Assembly: GCA_008080765.1 (NCBI GenBank)
Contig: SHMU01000002.1
Coordinates: 1-56,551, forward strand
Length of the DNA: 56,551 nt
Direction of reading: 5' to 3'
Origin: Promethearchaeota archaeon
GTDB taxonomy: Archaea > Asgardarchaeota > Lokiarchaeia > Sigyniarchaeales > SOKP01
In this document: positions 1-8,239 of the stretch, piece by piece
How positions within the stretch are numbered: the first letter of the stretch is position 1
Layout of the letters: each line of letters opens with the position of its first letter
The notes under the pieces: generated by a model
The model's input: the letters and a program-made list of their open reading frames with translations, nothing else
What the model was told of the DNA's origin: nothing
Databases searched by the model: none
Position numbers and translations under genes: made by a program

Positions 1-255
1 GAATCATACACCACACAGACCTGTGCGAAATGCGGGAAAAGAGTAAAGCGTTCATTGTCCGAGCGTACTATTACTTGTGAATGCGGTCATAAGATGGATA
101 GGGACTTAAATTCCGCCGTGAATATCATGGTAAAGTTCTTGACATCCGATGACTTATCGCATCAACCCTCCTTGAAGGACGAATCCTTTCTACGCACGTG
201 GAAGGGGTTTACCGCGACAAACAGCCCTAAGATATGCCCGCCAGCTAATGCTTAG
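1..255 (+). CDS. tnpB: TnpB (IS200/IS605-family OrfB RNA-guided endonuclease), C-terminal fragment; 5' part cut by the window edge
   Basis: Frame 1 reads ESYTTQTCAKCGKRVKRSLSERTITCECGHKMDRDLNSAVNIM. This is a CxxC...CxC zinc ribbon followed by DRDxNSAxNI (RuvC-III), typical of TnpB C-termini. Stop TAG at 253-255. Confidence 0.85.
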   Translation, partial: ESYTTQTCAKCGKRVKRSLSERTITCECGHKMDRDLNSAVNIMVKFLTSDDLSHQPSLKDESFLRTWKGFTATNSPKICPPANA

Positions 256-300
256 TGGACTCGTGGGAATCCCCGTCCTTTAGGGCGGGGAGGCTTCAAC
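150..300 (+). ncRNA. Putative omega-RNA (reRNA) scaffold overlapping the tnpB 3' end, with terminal hairpin 271-290
   Basis: Perfect or wobble 8-bp hairpin CCCCGTCC-TTTA-GGGCGGGG (271-290) sits 10 nt before the element end. TnpB omega-RNAs are known to be encoded in this position. The 5' boundary is not determinable by eye. Confidence 0.4.
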
Positions 301-318
301 CTTAAGACTGCCAAATAT

Positions 319-1107
319 ATGATTAAAAAAGCGATTCAACATAATTTGGTTCCTATTATAGGTATAAGTCCAATTTCTTTAGACAACCAGAGAAAAGAAT
401 TGGATATTCCCTTAGAAATTCGAACTAAATTAGGTAAAAGATGTAGTTTTAAAGACAGCAATATTAAGAATGTGTTTAAAACAATCGCATTGGATATTGC
501 ACACTTTAAAGTCCCTTATCTTTGTTTAGCAACAGAGATTAATTTCTTAGCCTTAGGAAATTTGAAAGAATTTCTTCGCTTTGTAAAATTGTATAAAAAT
601 ATCTATAAAGAAGTTAAAAAGATCTCTCAAAAAACCAGAATATTTGTTTCATTTCAGTGGGATGTACAATACTTAATTGATACAAAAGAGCTTGAAAAAG
701 TAAAGGAACACTCCAAGATATTTGAGATTTTTAAACCTCAATTAGATTTTATTGCATTAACAAGTTATCCAATAAATTTCTTTAGAAATCCAATCGATAT
801 TCCTAGGGATTACTATATTTCAATTGATAAACATATAGATCATTCTGATAAGGTTTTATTCTTGGAGATTGGCTGTCCCACTCGTGGTCTTGGAAGTGAA
901 GAATCACAAGTTGCATTTGTCAAGCGATTACCAATTTTACTAAGAAATCTCAATCTTATTGGAATTGATTGGGCATTATTACATGATGTAAATATTCCTG
1001 AATTTGACGAAGATTTGAGAAGTCTAGGGCTTTTTACGGATGATGGTAAAGAAAAATTAGGATTTGAATCCTTTAACAATTTAAAAAAATATGATCATTC
1101 TTATTAA
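319..1107 (+). CDS. Hypothetical protein, possibly a TIM-barrel glycoside-hydrolase-like fold
   Basis: 262-aa ORF in an AT-rich genome. Alternating beta/alpha pattern with ATEINF and LFLEIGCP acidic motifs reminiscent of clan GH-A. No firm family recognition. Confidence 0.45.
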   Translation: MIKKAIQHNLVPIIGISPISLDNQRKELDIPLEIRTKLGKRCSFKDSNIKNVFKTIALDIAHFKVPYLCLATEINFLALGNLKEFLRFVKLYKNIYKEVKKISQKTRIFVSFQWDVQYLIDTKELEKVKEHSKIFEIFKPQLDFIALTSYPINFFRNPIDIPRDYYISIDKHIDHSDKVLFLEIGCPTRGLGSEESQVAFVKRLPILLRNLNLIGIDWALLHDVNIPEFDEDLRSLGLFTDDGKEKLGFESFNNLKKYDHSY

Positions 1108-1176
1108 TTAAGTCTATTGTTATATGTATAATAGATAATAGGTTAACCATTAAAGAAGATATAGTAGAAATAGAAA

Positions 1177-1998
1177 ATGAAAGATAAAGATTGGATAGAA
1201 AAAGGATTTTTAGAAGATGGATTACCATATGTTCGAATTGGTAATAAACCAAAGATCTTATTGAATATTGAAGCATTATCATTCAAACACGAACCCCCTT
1301 CCGGTTTTGAATTAGGACAATTTAAAAAAGCAGCAAAAAAGTTTACCTCAGAATATACCGTATATCTCGTGGGACGCAAGCCAAACTTGCCAGAAAATTA
1401 CTTAATGGATAAAATGGCAAATGATTATGCGCAAATGATTCGGCGTGAATTCAAAGGTCCTGTGGATGTGATGGGAGTTTCAACTGGAGGGCAAATTGCT
1501 CATTATCTCGCAGCCGATCATCCCGATACAGTTAAAAAACTCGTGTTAATTTCTACAGCATACAGATTATCTAAAGAAGGAGTGGAAATTGAACGAAGAG
1601 CTGCAGAATTTTTTAAACAAGAAAAGTATGGAAAATCCCTTGCAACCATCACAGAACTTATCTTTCGGAAGAAATTTTGGAGAAAAATCACCTCCTTTTT
1701 CATTCGACTCTTTTTCAGAAGGATGTTAGGGGAAATAAAATACCCTAATGATTTTCTCGTTGAAATCCAAGCAGATAGGGAGATGAATTTTCTCAATAGG
1801 TTGCATGAAATCAAAGCTCCCACGTTAATATTGAGTGGAGAAGATGATATTGGGTATACAGCTGAGGATGTAAGAATTACCGCTGACTGTATCCCTAATT
1901 CAGAATTAATTCTTTATGAAGGGTATGGACATAATTTATTCAATGCAAATCGCAAAAAAGTGCTAAAAGAGATATGGAAATTCTTGCAAAAAGAATAA
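1177..1998 (+). CDS. Alpha/beta-fold hydrolase
   Basis: Nucleophile elbow GVSTGG (GxSxG), LVLIST strand, and C-terminal GYGHNLF His motif. Length 273 aa. Confidence 0.75.
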   Translation: MKDKDWIEKGFLEDGLPYVRIGNKPKILLNIEALSFKHEPPSGFELGQFKKAAKKFTSEYTVYLVGRKPNLPENYLMDKMANDYAQMIRREFKGPVDVMGVSTGGQIAHYLAADHPDTVKKLVLISTAYRLSKEGVEIERRAAEFFKQEKYGKSLATITELIFRKKFWRKITSFFIRLFFRRMLGEIKYPNDFLVEIQADREMNFLNRLHEIKAPTLILSGEDDIGYTAEDVRITADCIPNSELILYEGYGHNLFNANRKKVLKEIWKFLQKE

Positions 1999-2173
1999 TC
2001 TAAAATTTAATTTATCAGGATAATTAGTATTTATTCTACTTTTTTATTTATAGTTTTTAAAGTAAAGATTAGGTGGTTCATTAAATTTTCTTAATCTTTT
2101 TCAAAAAAATAACATTTATATTCTAGGCGGGACTAAATGAAAATAAATCTCTTACATAAAAAAGTATTGAAAA

Positions 2174-3104
2174 ATGAAAATATTAATTTATGGAGCTGGA
2201 TTTATTGGATCTATATTTGGTTATTTTCTAAAAACGGGTGGAAATGAGATAAATATCTTAGCAAGGGGCAAACGCATAGAAGAATTAAAAGGAAATGGTA
2301 TTATTATCTATGATGAAATTTATAAAAAAGAATATCAAACTGAGATTGAGGTGGTAGACCAGCTTTCTCCAGAAGAATATTATGATGTAGTTCTCATTAT
2401 TATGCCGCGCCATCAAACATCCACTATTTTACCAATTTTGGCTAAAAACACCAAGATTCCAACATATGTATTTATTGGAAATAATGTGAGCGGTAGCAAT
2501 GAATATGAACAAGTATTAGGAAAGGATCGAATCTTATTAGGATTTGAAGAGCCGGGTGGATATAGAGATAATGGAAAGGTAATTGCTGCATTATGGTAAC
2601 AATTCTATTCTCTATTTAGGAGAAATTGATAATAAACTCTCAAAAAGAGTGCAAGACATAAAGACTATTTTTGAAAGATCTGAAATTAGAGTGAAATTAC
2701 CGCAAAGCATAGATGCATCGTTGAAGTCTCATGCAGCCTTGATTACAGCACTTGCCCTGGGTTCAAAAGCTGCAAGGAGGATAAATTCTGACTTTAGTAG
2801 TGAGGACCAGCTTCTTGAAAAATCTGTGATTTCATTTCGTGAAAATTTGAAAGCATTAAAGAAGCTTACTATCACAATCCTTCCCTCAAAGTTCAAATAT
2901 CTGCAATATATTCCTAAAAACTTGATTATAGGAAAGATTAAAAAACTTATCAACTCTGATTTCGGACGAATTGCACTATCGGGACATGCAAATTATGCCC
3001 AAGAAGAGATGAAACGATTAGTTGATGATTTCAATGATCTACCCAAAACCGTTAACTCTTCCAGAACGGTCAAACGTCAATTATATTCCCTCTGCTATAA
3101 ATAG
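2174..3104 (+). pseudogene. Ketopantoate-reductase (PanE/ApbA)-family NAD(P) oxidoreductase split by a frameshift (ORFs 2174-2599 and 2583-3104)
   Basis: N-terminal ORF has the Rossmann motif MKILIYGAGFIGS. The second ORF continues in the next frame with 17-nt overlap. Combined length of about 310 aa fits the family. Confidence 0.6.
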
Positions 3105-3172
3105 ATCTTAGATATCTCGTTTTATACTTGCAAATTCAAAATAATAATCTATGAGCTACCATTACTACTAGT

Positions 3173-4438
3173 ATGGTAATTTCAAAAGGATCTATTTTTC
3201 AGATTAACGATCAATTCGACCTCCATATTGCAACCGAGCATAAGAAAGAATTTAAAGAAATTTTAGAATTTAATTGCGGAATTCATGAAGAGTCTGTAGG
3301 GGAATATTTAACTCAAATCTATTATCATCATCCAAAAGGGGACGATATCTTTTGGTTGTATATTAAAGATGTAAATTCCGATCAAATCGTTTCAAGCCTA
3401 GCTCTTTTACCTTTAGAATGGAGGATGGACTCTCTTCAAATTCCTGTCTGTGAAATGGGTTTTGTAGGGACTGCCGAGCCTTATCGAAAAAGAGGGTTAA
3501 TGAAAGAGTTAAATAGTGTCTATGAACAGATTATGGCAGAACAAGGATATTTACTCTCTGCAATTCGGGGTATTCCCTATTTCTATCGAACATTGGGTTA
3601 TGAATTTTCATTTCCATTGGATGATCGATTCCTTTTACCCAAAGCAAAGATTCCTATTGAAAAATCCGATTCTATTCTTATTAAAAATGCCACTTTAAAA
3701 GATTTAGAATATATTAGGGGAGAGTATGAAAATTATCACCAAAATGTCTTATTTTGGAATTCATTTTGGAAAGAATCATTTGCATTCAAATATTTGAGTC
3801 CTGAAATATCCGATTTTAAGGGAAAGACCTACATTATTCAAGAGGATGGAAAAAAAGTTGCCTTTTTTACTTTAGGAATGTCCTATGATTGGAAAGGGTA
3901 TAAAATTAGGAACTCTACGTTAGCAAGAGATCATGCTGTTAAACTGCTTCAATTTTTAAAGAATTTCCAAGATGATGAAAAAACTGAAATAGATTTTGAT
4001 CTTCACCCTAATTCAGTTCTTTCCAATCTAATACTAGAATTAGGTGGATATCAGTATATGAATTACGGTTGGCAAGTTAAAATTCCCGACGTCGCACGTT
4101 TTCTTTGTAGAATTAAAGAATTATTAGAAAACAGAATAAAAAATTCGGAATTTCAAAACTTATCCAAGACCATTAGTCTTAGCAATTACCATCAAACCTT
4201 CAAAATTCATTTTGAGGAAGGAAAAATTACGGAGATACAGACTGTCAAGGAATTTCCTGGAGAATTAGTATGTGATGTCCAGATCCCTGGAACTTTTCTT
4301 TATAAATTACTCTTAGGAGACAAGAGCTTTGAAGAAATTAATTACATTATAAAGGATGCCATGATTGAATATTCCTCCAGAAACTTGATTTCTATTTTGT
4401 TTCCTAAAAGAGCCTCCTTTCCCGAAACCTATTATTAA
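3173..4438 (+). CDS. GNAT-family N-acetyltransferase, Eis-like (GNAT plus C-terminal SCP2-like region)
   Basis: Acetyl-CoA motif YRKRGLMKEL followed by GYLLSAIRGIPYFYRTLGYEF. The 421-aa length and architecture resemble COG4552/Eis-type enzymes. Confidence 0.6.
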   Translation: MVISKGSIFQINDQFDLHIATEHKKEFKEILEFNCGIHEESVGEYLTQIYYHHPKGDDIFWLYIKDVNSDQIVSSLALLPLEWRMDSLQIPVCEMGFVGTAEPYRKRGLMKELNSVYEQIMAEQGYLLSAIRGIPYFYRTLGYEFSFPLDDRFLLPKAKIPIEKSDSILIKNATLKDLEYIRGEYENYHQNVLFWNSFWKESFAFKYLSPEISDFKGKTYIIQEDGKKVAFFTLGMSYDWKGYKIRNSTLARDHAVKLLQFLKNFQDDEKTEIDFDLHPNSVLSNLILELGGYQYMNYGWQVKIPDVARFLCRIKELLENRIKNSEFQNLSKTISLSNYHQTFKIHFEEGKITEIQTVKEFPGELVCDVQIPGTFLYKLLLGDKSFEEINYIIKDAMIEYSSRNLISILFPKRASFPETYY

Positions 4439-4662
4439 TCAAATATTACGTATTCCGCTGATGAACGAGGATGAATGCAATTGAAGAATCTCAAAATCTA
4501 AAAAACTTGATATTACTTAAAAATTAAGAATGGATCAAGCTTCTTTAGAAATCAATTCAATTAATAATCCAAAATCTAATCAATAAGTTATAATTGTAAC
4601 TTTTTTTTAAAAGCATTTCATATTAACAATAAAATATGTTGAAAAAATTTAGTATTCAATTT

Positions 4663-4668
4663 AGGAGG
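4663..4668 (+). promoter_or_regulatory. Shine-Dalgarno-like AGGAGG 8 nt upstream of the ATG at 4677
   Basis: aggagg read directly in the sequence. A similar AGGAGG occurs at 9898-9903 before the ATG at 9913. Confidence 0.5.
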
Positions 4669-4676
4669 CGGAAAGT

Positions 4677-5885
4677 ATGGAAAATATAACATTAGACGGG
4701 TCTCTTATGGACGAATTAGGTCCCGAAGAAGTCATTATTATTCGAGATCCTGCGATTGATTTACGGGGTTTTCTTGTAATTGATAATTCAAGATATGGAA
4801 TTCCAATGGGCAGTATTCGAATAGCGCCCGACTTAGTTTTGAATGAGATTATTCGGCTCGCGAGATCGATGTCCTTAAAAGCTGCAAGTTTTAAAATACC
4901 CTTAGGGGGAGCATCCGCAGGATTAATATTTGATCCTAAAAGCGAAAAGAAAAGTCTTTACATAGGAAGCTTTGGAGAAGAACTCAAACCAATGATAAAA
5001 CAAGATATTTTTTATCCGGAACCGGGATTAGGAAGTACTGATAAAGATATAGAGCACATTTTTAAATTATCTGGAAGGCCGGAATTAATTCCACGGAAGA
5101 TTGGGATTTTTAAGTATGATATTCCTCTTAAAAAAACATATATTGGAGTAAGTGTCTCTTATTGTATTAAAACTATATGTTCTAAGTTAAAAAATATTAA
5201 GGGATATGAGAGCTTTGGTGAATGGAATAAGCCTATAAAAGTACTTTTGGAAGGGTTTGGAAGAGCAGGTAGAGAAATTGCCCGGCATTTGAAGCAATTT
5301 GGATATCAACTTCTAGGCATTTCTACTTTAGGAGGTGCTATTTTTGATGAAGATGGCTTGAATATTGATCAATTATTAGAATTGAAGAAAAAATATGGAG
5401 ATGGTTTGGTAAATCACTATGAAAGTAAGAATCTGGTCTCTCTTTCTCGAGAAAAATTGTTTGAACTGTCGTCTGATTATTCTGTCGATTTTCTAATTCC
5501 AGGCGCTCGACCAAACGTGATCAACAAAGATAATATTGATAAGATTAAACCCAAAGCCATTGTGTCTGCTTCTCGCATTCCCTATGAAGTGGGGATTACC
5601 AAAGAATTAAATGAAGCAGAAATTCTAGCTTTCCCCGATTTTATATCAAGTTCGGGTGATATCTTAGCTTTTTCAACGAGGAAGAAAACTAAAACCGATA
5701 GTGTCAACATTGAAGAACATATACAATCGCAAATCTCTGAAATTACCTTAGATATTTTACAAGAAGCCTCACAAAATAATATTTCTCCTTATGAATTTGC
5801 ACAAAATAGGGCCGAAAAAGAATTAAAAAAAAAGCTTGAACGAAGAATCGAGCATAGGAAGAAATTAAAAGATCTTTTAGAGTGA
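4677..5885 (+). CDS. Glu/Leu/Phe/Val dehydrogenase-family protein with substituted catalytic lysines (probable pseudoenzyme or altered chemistry)
   Basis: IPLGGASAGLIFDP fits the family signature [LIV]xxGG[SAG]KxGxxx[DNST][PL] except Lys to Ser (codon 4914-4916). A Rossmann-like EGFGRAGREIA follows. Confidence 0.65.
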   Translation: MENITLDGSLMDELGPEEVIIIRDPAIDLRGFLVIDNSRYGIPMGSIRIAPDLVLNEIIRLARSMSLKAASFKIPLGGASAGLIFDPKSEKKSLYIGSFGEELKPMIKQDIFYPEPGLGSTDKDIEHIFKLSGRPELIPRKIGIFKYDIPLKKTYIGVSVSYCIKTICSKLKNIKGYESFGEWNKPIKVLLEGFGRAGREIARHLKQFGYQLLGISTLGGAIFDEDGLNIDQLLELKKKYGDGLVNHYESKNLVSLSREKLFELSSDYSVDFLIPGARPNVINKDNIDKIKPKAIVSASRIPYEVGITKELNEAEILAFPDFISSSGDILAFSTRKKTKTDSVNIEEHIQSQISEITLDILQEASQNNISPYEFAQNRAEKELKKKLERRIEHRKKLKDLLE

Positions 5886-6106
5886 AGATAATCATTACAA
5901 CAAGGAAGCATATTATCAATCTTTAAATCCTAATGCTTTTTCTATTTGGGATTTATACATCTCCGGTTATATCTTATCGGCATCCATATCTACATCTACA
6001 ACTATATCTATATCTCCCGACACCATAACTATTATTTAAGAACAAACTAAAAAACTAAAAGATTATCTTAAACTATAAACATTCGAAATTAAAACTAATC
6101 ATTAAG

Positions 6107-6484
6107 ATGACATTTAAAGAAGAATATATAGACCATGTAAAAAATCCTCGTAATGTAGGAAAATTGGAAGATGCCACCATAATTTTTGAAAGTATTTATA
6201 CACCTGCAGGGGATAAAATCAAACTTTATTTGAAAATCACTGAAAATGTATTAGATGATATTAGCTTTGAAACATTTGGATGTGCAACTTTAATTGTAAG
6301 TGCTTCTATTATGACGACTCATGTTAAAGGAATGTCGCTATCGGAAGCATTAAACTATTCATTCGATAATATGGCTCATGTATTTTCCGAGATACCAAGA
6401 TATAAACTTTATAATGCCAAATTTCCAATATACACTCTCCATCGGGCTATAAATGCGTATTTAAGATCTCGTCCATCTCATTAG
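6107..6484 (+). CDS. IscU/NifU N-terminal-domain-like protein, degenerate (one of three cluster Cys retained)
   Basis: HVKNPRNVGKL start and FETFGCATL motif match IscU. The GNPxCGD position reads YTPAGDK, and the C-terminal HCS motif is absent. Confidence 0.6.
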   Translation: MTFKEEYIDHVKNPRNVGKLEDATIIFESIYTPAGDKIKLYLKITENVLDDISFETFGCATLIVSASIMTTHVKGMSLSEALNYSFDNMAHVFSEIPRYKLYNAKFPIYTLHRAINAYLRSRPSH

Positions 6485-6705
6485 AATGATTTGATGAATT
6501 TGAGGAATTAGATGAAGATAGAAATCTCTTGTAAGAAAAATTATGGAAAAAATAGCATTAGCAAAGAATTGAAGAGATGCTTGTTAAATTTATACATCTA
6601 AAGCTAAGTCACTTTATCTCATATTTAGGCTAAGTAAAGAGACTAATTAGAAACCAATGAGGTCCTGAGTGACAAAATAATCGCTATCCTATTTTTTAAC
6701 ATTAC

Positions 6706-8193
6706 TCATAACAATACTTCAATTTCCAAGAGAATAATGAGCAAATCATTTACATTACAACCTGTATAACCGGTATACAATTCTGTACCAATTTGCTTAA
6801 AGAAAGAGTTGGAATTATTATTTCTAAGGTATTCATCGGGATCTATATTCAACTTCCTCATTTTTGCTAACACAAAATTATCGACTAATGCACCCATGGC
6901 ACTGCTATTGCCCTCTATACCATCTAAATTAGCCCCAATGATTAAGAAAGTAAAGTCATAAGGATTTCTTGAAATGGTCTCCAAAAAACTAAGAAGCATT
7001 TCTTGATTTCGCCCCCCAATTCCCTTTCCTTGAATAGTGACTGTTAACTCTCCAGAGCCGATAAGTGCCAGCTTACCAATATTTTTCTTTTTCATCTCAA
7101 TTACATGCTCACGAATATCACTATATAATTCCCTTCCATAATCTCTTGCTTCTCCTGTAATTTCATCGGAATAATATTGTGTGTGAAATCCTTTACTTTT
7201 TAAATATAAGTCAACTTTTTTTTCCGCATTTTTTATACTCCCAATTAGATAATTATGTACTTTAGAAAAACATGGATTATCCTTATCTGGATTTTCTAAG
7301 CTTTTATTAGCTTTTCCTTCATTCAACTTAAGTTTTACAGACTCCGGAATGCTTTCCCAGAGATTGTAATTTTTAAATATTTCAATTGCATCGTGAAAAC
7401 GTGTTGTATCGGGAACTGTGGGACCAGATGCAATAACATCCAACGGATCTCCAATAACATCTGATATTATTAAGGTGAGTAATGTAGCTTTACTAGTTTC
7501 ATACACAATTTTGGCCAGATTCCCTCCCTTGATCCTTGAAAGATGTTTTCTGATTGCATTGAATTCCTGAATAGTTGCTCCAGATTCTAAAAGAAGTGAA
7601 TTTACTATTTGTAAGTCTTCGAGAGTAATTGAAGCTTTTGGATATGGTAATAATGCTGACCCTCCTCCCGATATTAAGCAGATAATCAAATCCGTGCTTT
7701 TTGAGGTCTCTATAATCTCAACCATTTTTTTAACTCCATATACTCCAATCTCATTTGGAACTGGATGAGACGCAAAATTCAGTTGGATCTTACTATCATT
7801 TTTCTGTCCATTTACTTTCAATCCCTCAGGTATATTAATAAATCCCTGACTGATATTATACCCACTTTCTTGCAGTATAAGCTCCAATGTAAACGCCATC
7901 TCTGCTGTAGCTTTTCCTCCCCCAATTACATAAATATGATCGAAGTCATCTAAATGAAATATATCTTCTTGAATAAATAAGCTCTGATCATTGACTTTCA
8001 CAGACTCATATATTAATCTCTGGGGTTTCACCGCATCCACCGCTTTTTGGAGACATTCCAACCCAATTTCTCGGAATGTTCTTATAAATTCTGGGAGAGA
8101 GTCAAACAGGATATTAGATATGTTCTTGAAAATCATGATTATGATTCTGAAAAATAAATCAAAATTAATATTTATTGCATAATTTTCAACCAT
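6706..8193 (-). CDS. Glycerate 2-kinase (MOFRL family; DUF4147 plus MOFRL domains)
   Basis: Motifs YVIGGGKATAEMA, LISGGGSALL, IRKHLSRIKGGNLA, ISDVIGDPLDVIASGPTVPD, GSGELTVTIQGKGIGGRNQEMLLSF. The true start may be the internal Met at 8136, because the first 19 codons look non-native. Confidence 0.85.
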   Translation of the reverse strand: MVENYAININFDLFFRIIIMIFKNISNILFDSLPEFIRTFREIGLECLQKAVDAVKPQRLIYESVKVNDQSLFIQEDIFHLDDFDHIYVIGGGKATAEMAFTLELILQESGYNISQGFINIPEGLKVNGQKNDSKIQLNFASHPVPNEIGVYGVKKMVEIIETSKSTDLIICLISGGGSALLPYPKASITLEDLQIVNSLLLESGATIQEFNAIRKHLSRIKGGNLAKIVYETSKATLLTLIISDVIGDPLDVIASGPTVPDTTRFHDAIEIFKNYNLWESIPESVKLKLNEGKANKSLENPDKDNPCFSKVHNYLIGSIKNAEKKVDLYLKSKGFHTQYYSDEITGEARDYGRELYSDIREHVIEMKKKNIGKLALIGSGELTVTIQGKGIGGRNQEMLLSFLETISRNPYDFTFLIIGANLDGIEGNSSAMGALVDNFVLAKMRKLNIDPDEYLRNNNSNSFFKQIGTELYTGYTGCNVNDLLIILLEIEVLL

Positions 8194-8239
8194 ATAAATT
8201 ATTTATAGATAATAACATTAAATTCAAGATTGATGAAAT

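Larger units (their letters stand above)
1..300 (+). mobile_element. Right-end portion of an IS200/IS605-family element (tnpB 3' end plus RE); inverted twin at 56366-56551
   Basis: Positions 115-300 match the reverse complement of 56366-56551 with 3 mismatches. Identity ends exactly after GAGGCTTCAAC at 300. Confidence 0.75.

Noticed and set aside
256-318. Open frame continuing from the tnpB stop into gene 319..1107 (same frame), suggesting a fusion or read-through
   Set aside because: The TAG at 253-255 is clear. The stretch is the RE/hairpin sequence shared with the right copy, where a different gene follows, so the shared frame is coincidental.
840-1823. Minus-strand ORFs 840..1079, 1073..1282, 1143..1379 and 1518..1823
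   Set aside because: They are antisense to, or bridge, the plus-strand genes 319..1107 and 1177..1998. They are low-complexity with no motifs.
3516-3698. Same-strand alternate-frame ORFs (3516..3698, 9926..10108, 13719..13931, 51647..51829, 2729..2953 antisense)
   Set aside because: Each is nested in a longer ORF with a recognisable family assignment.
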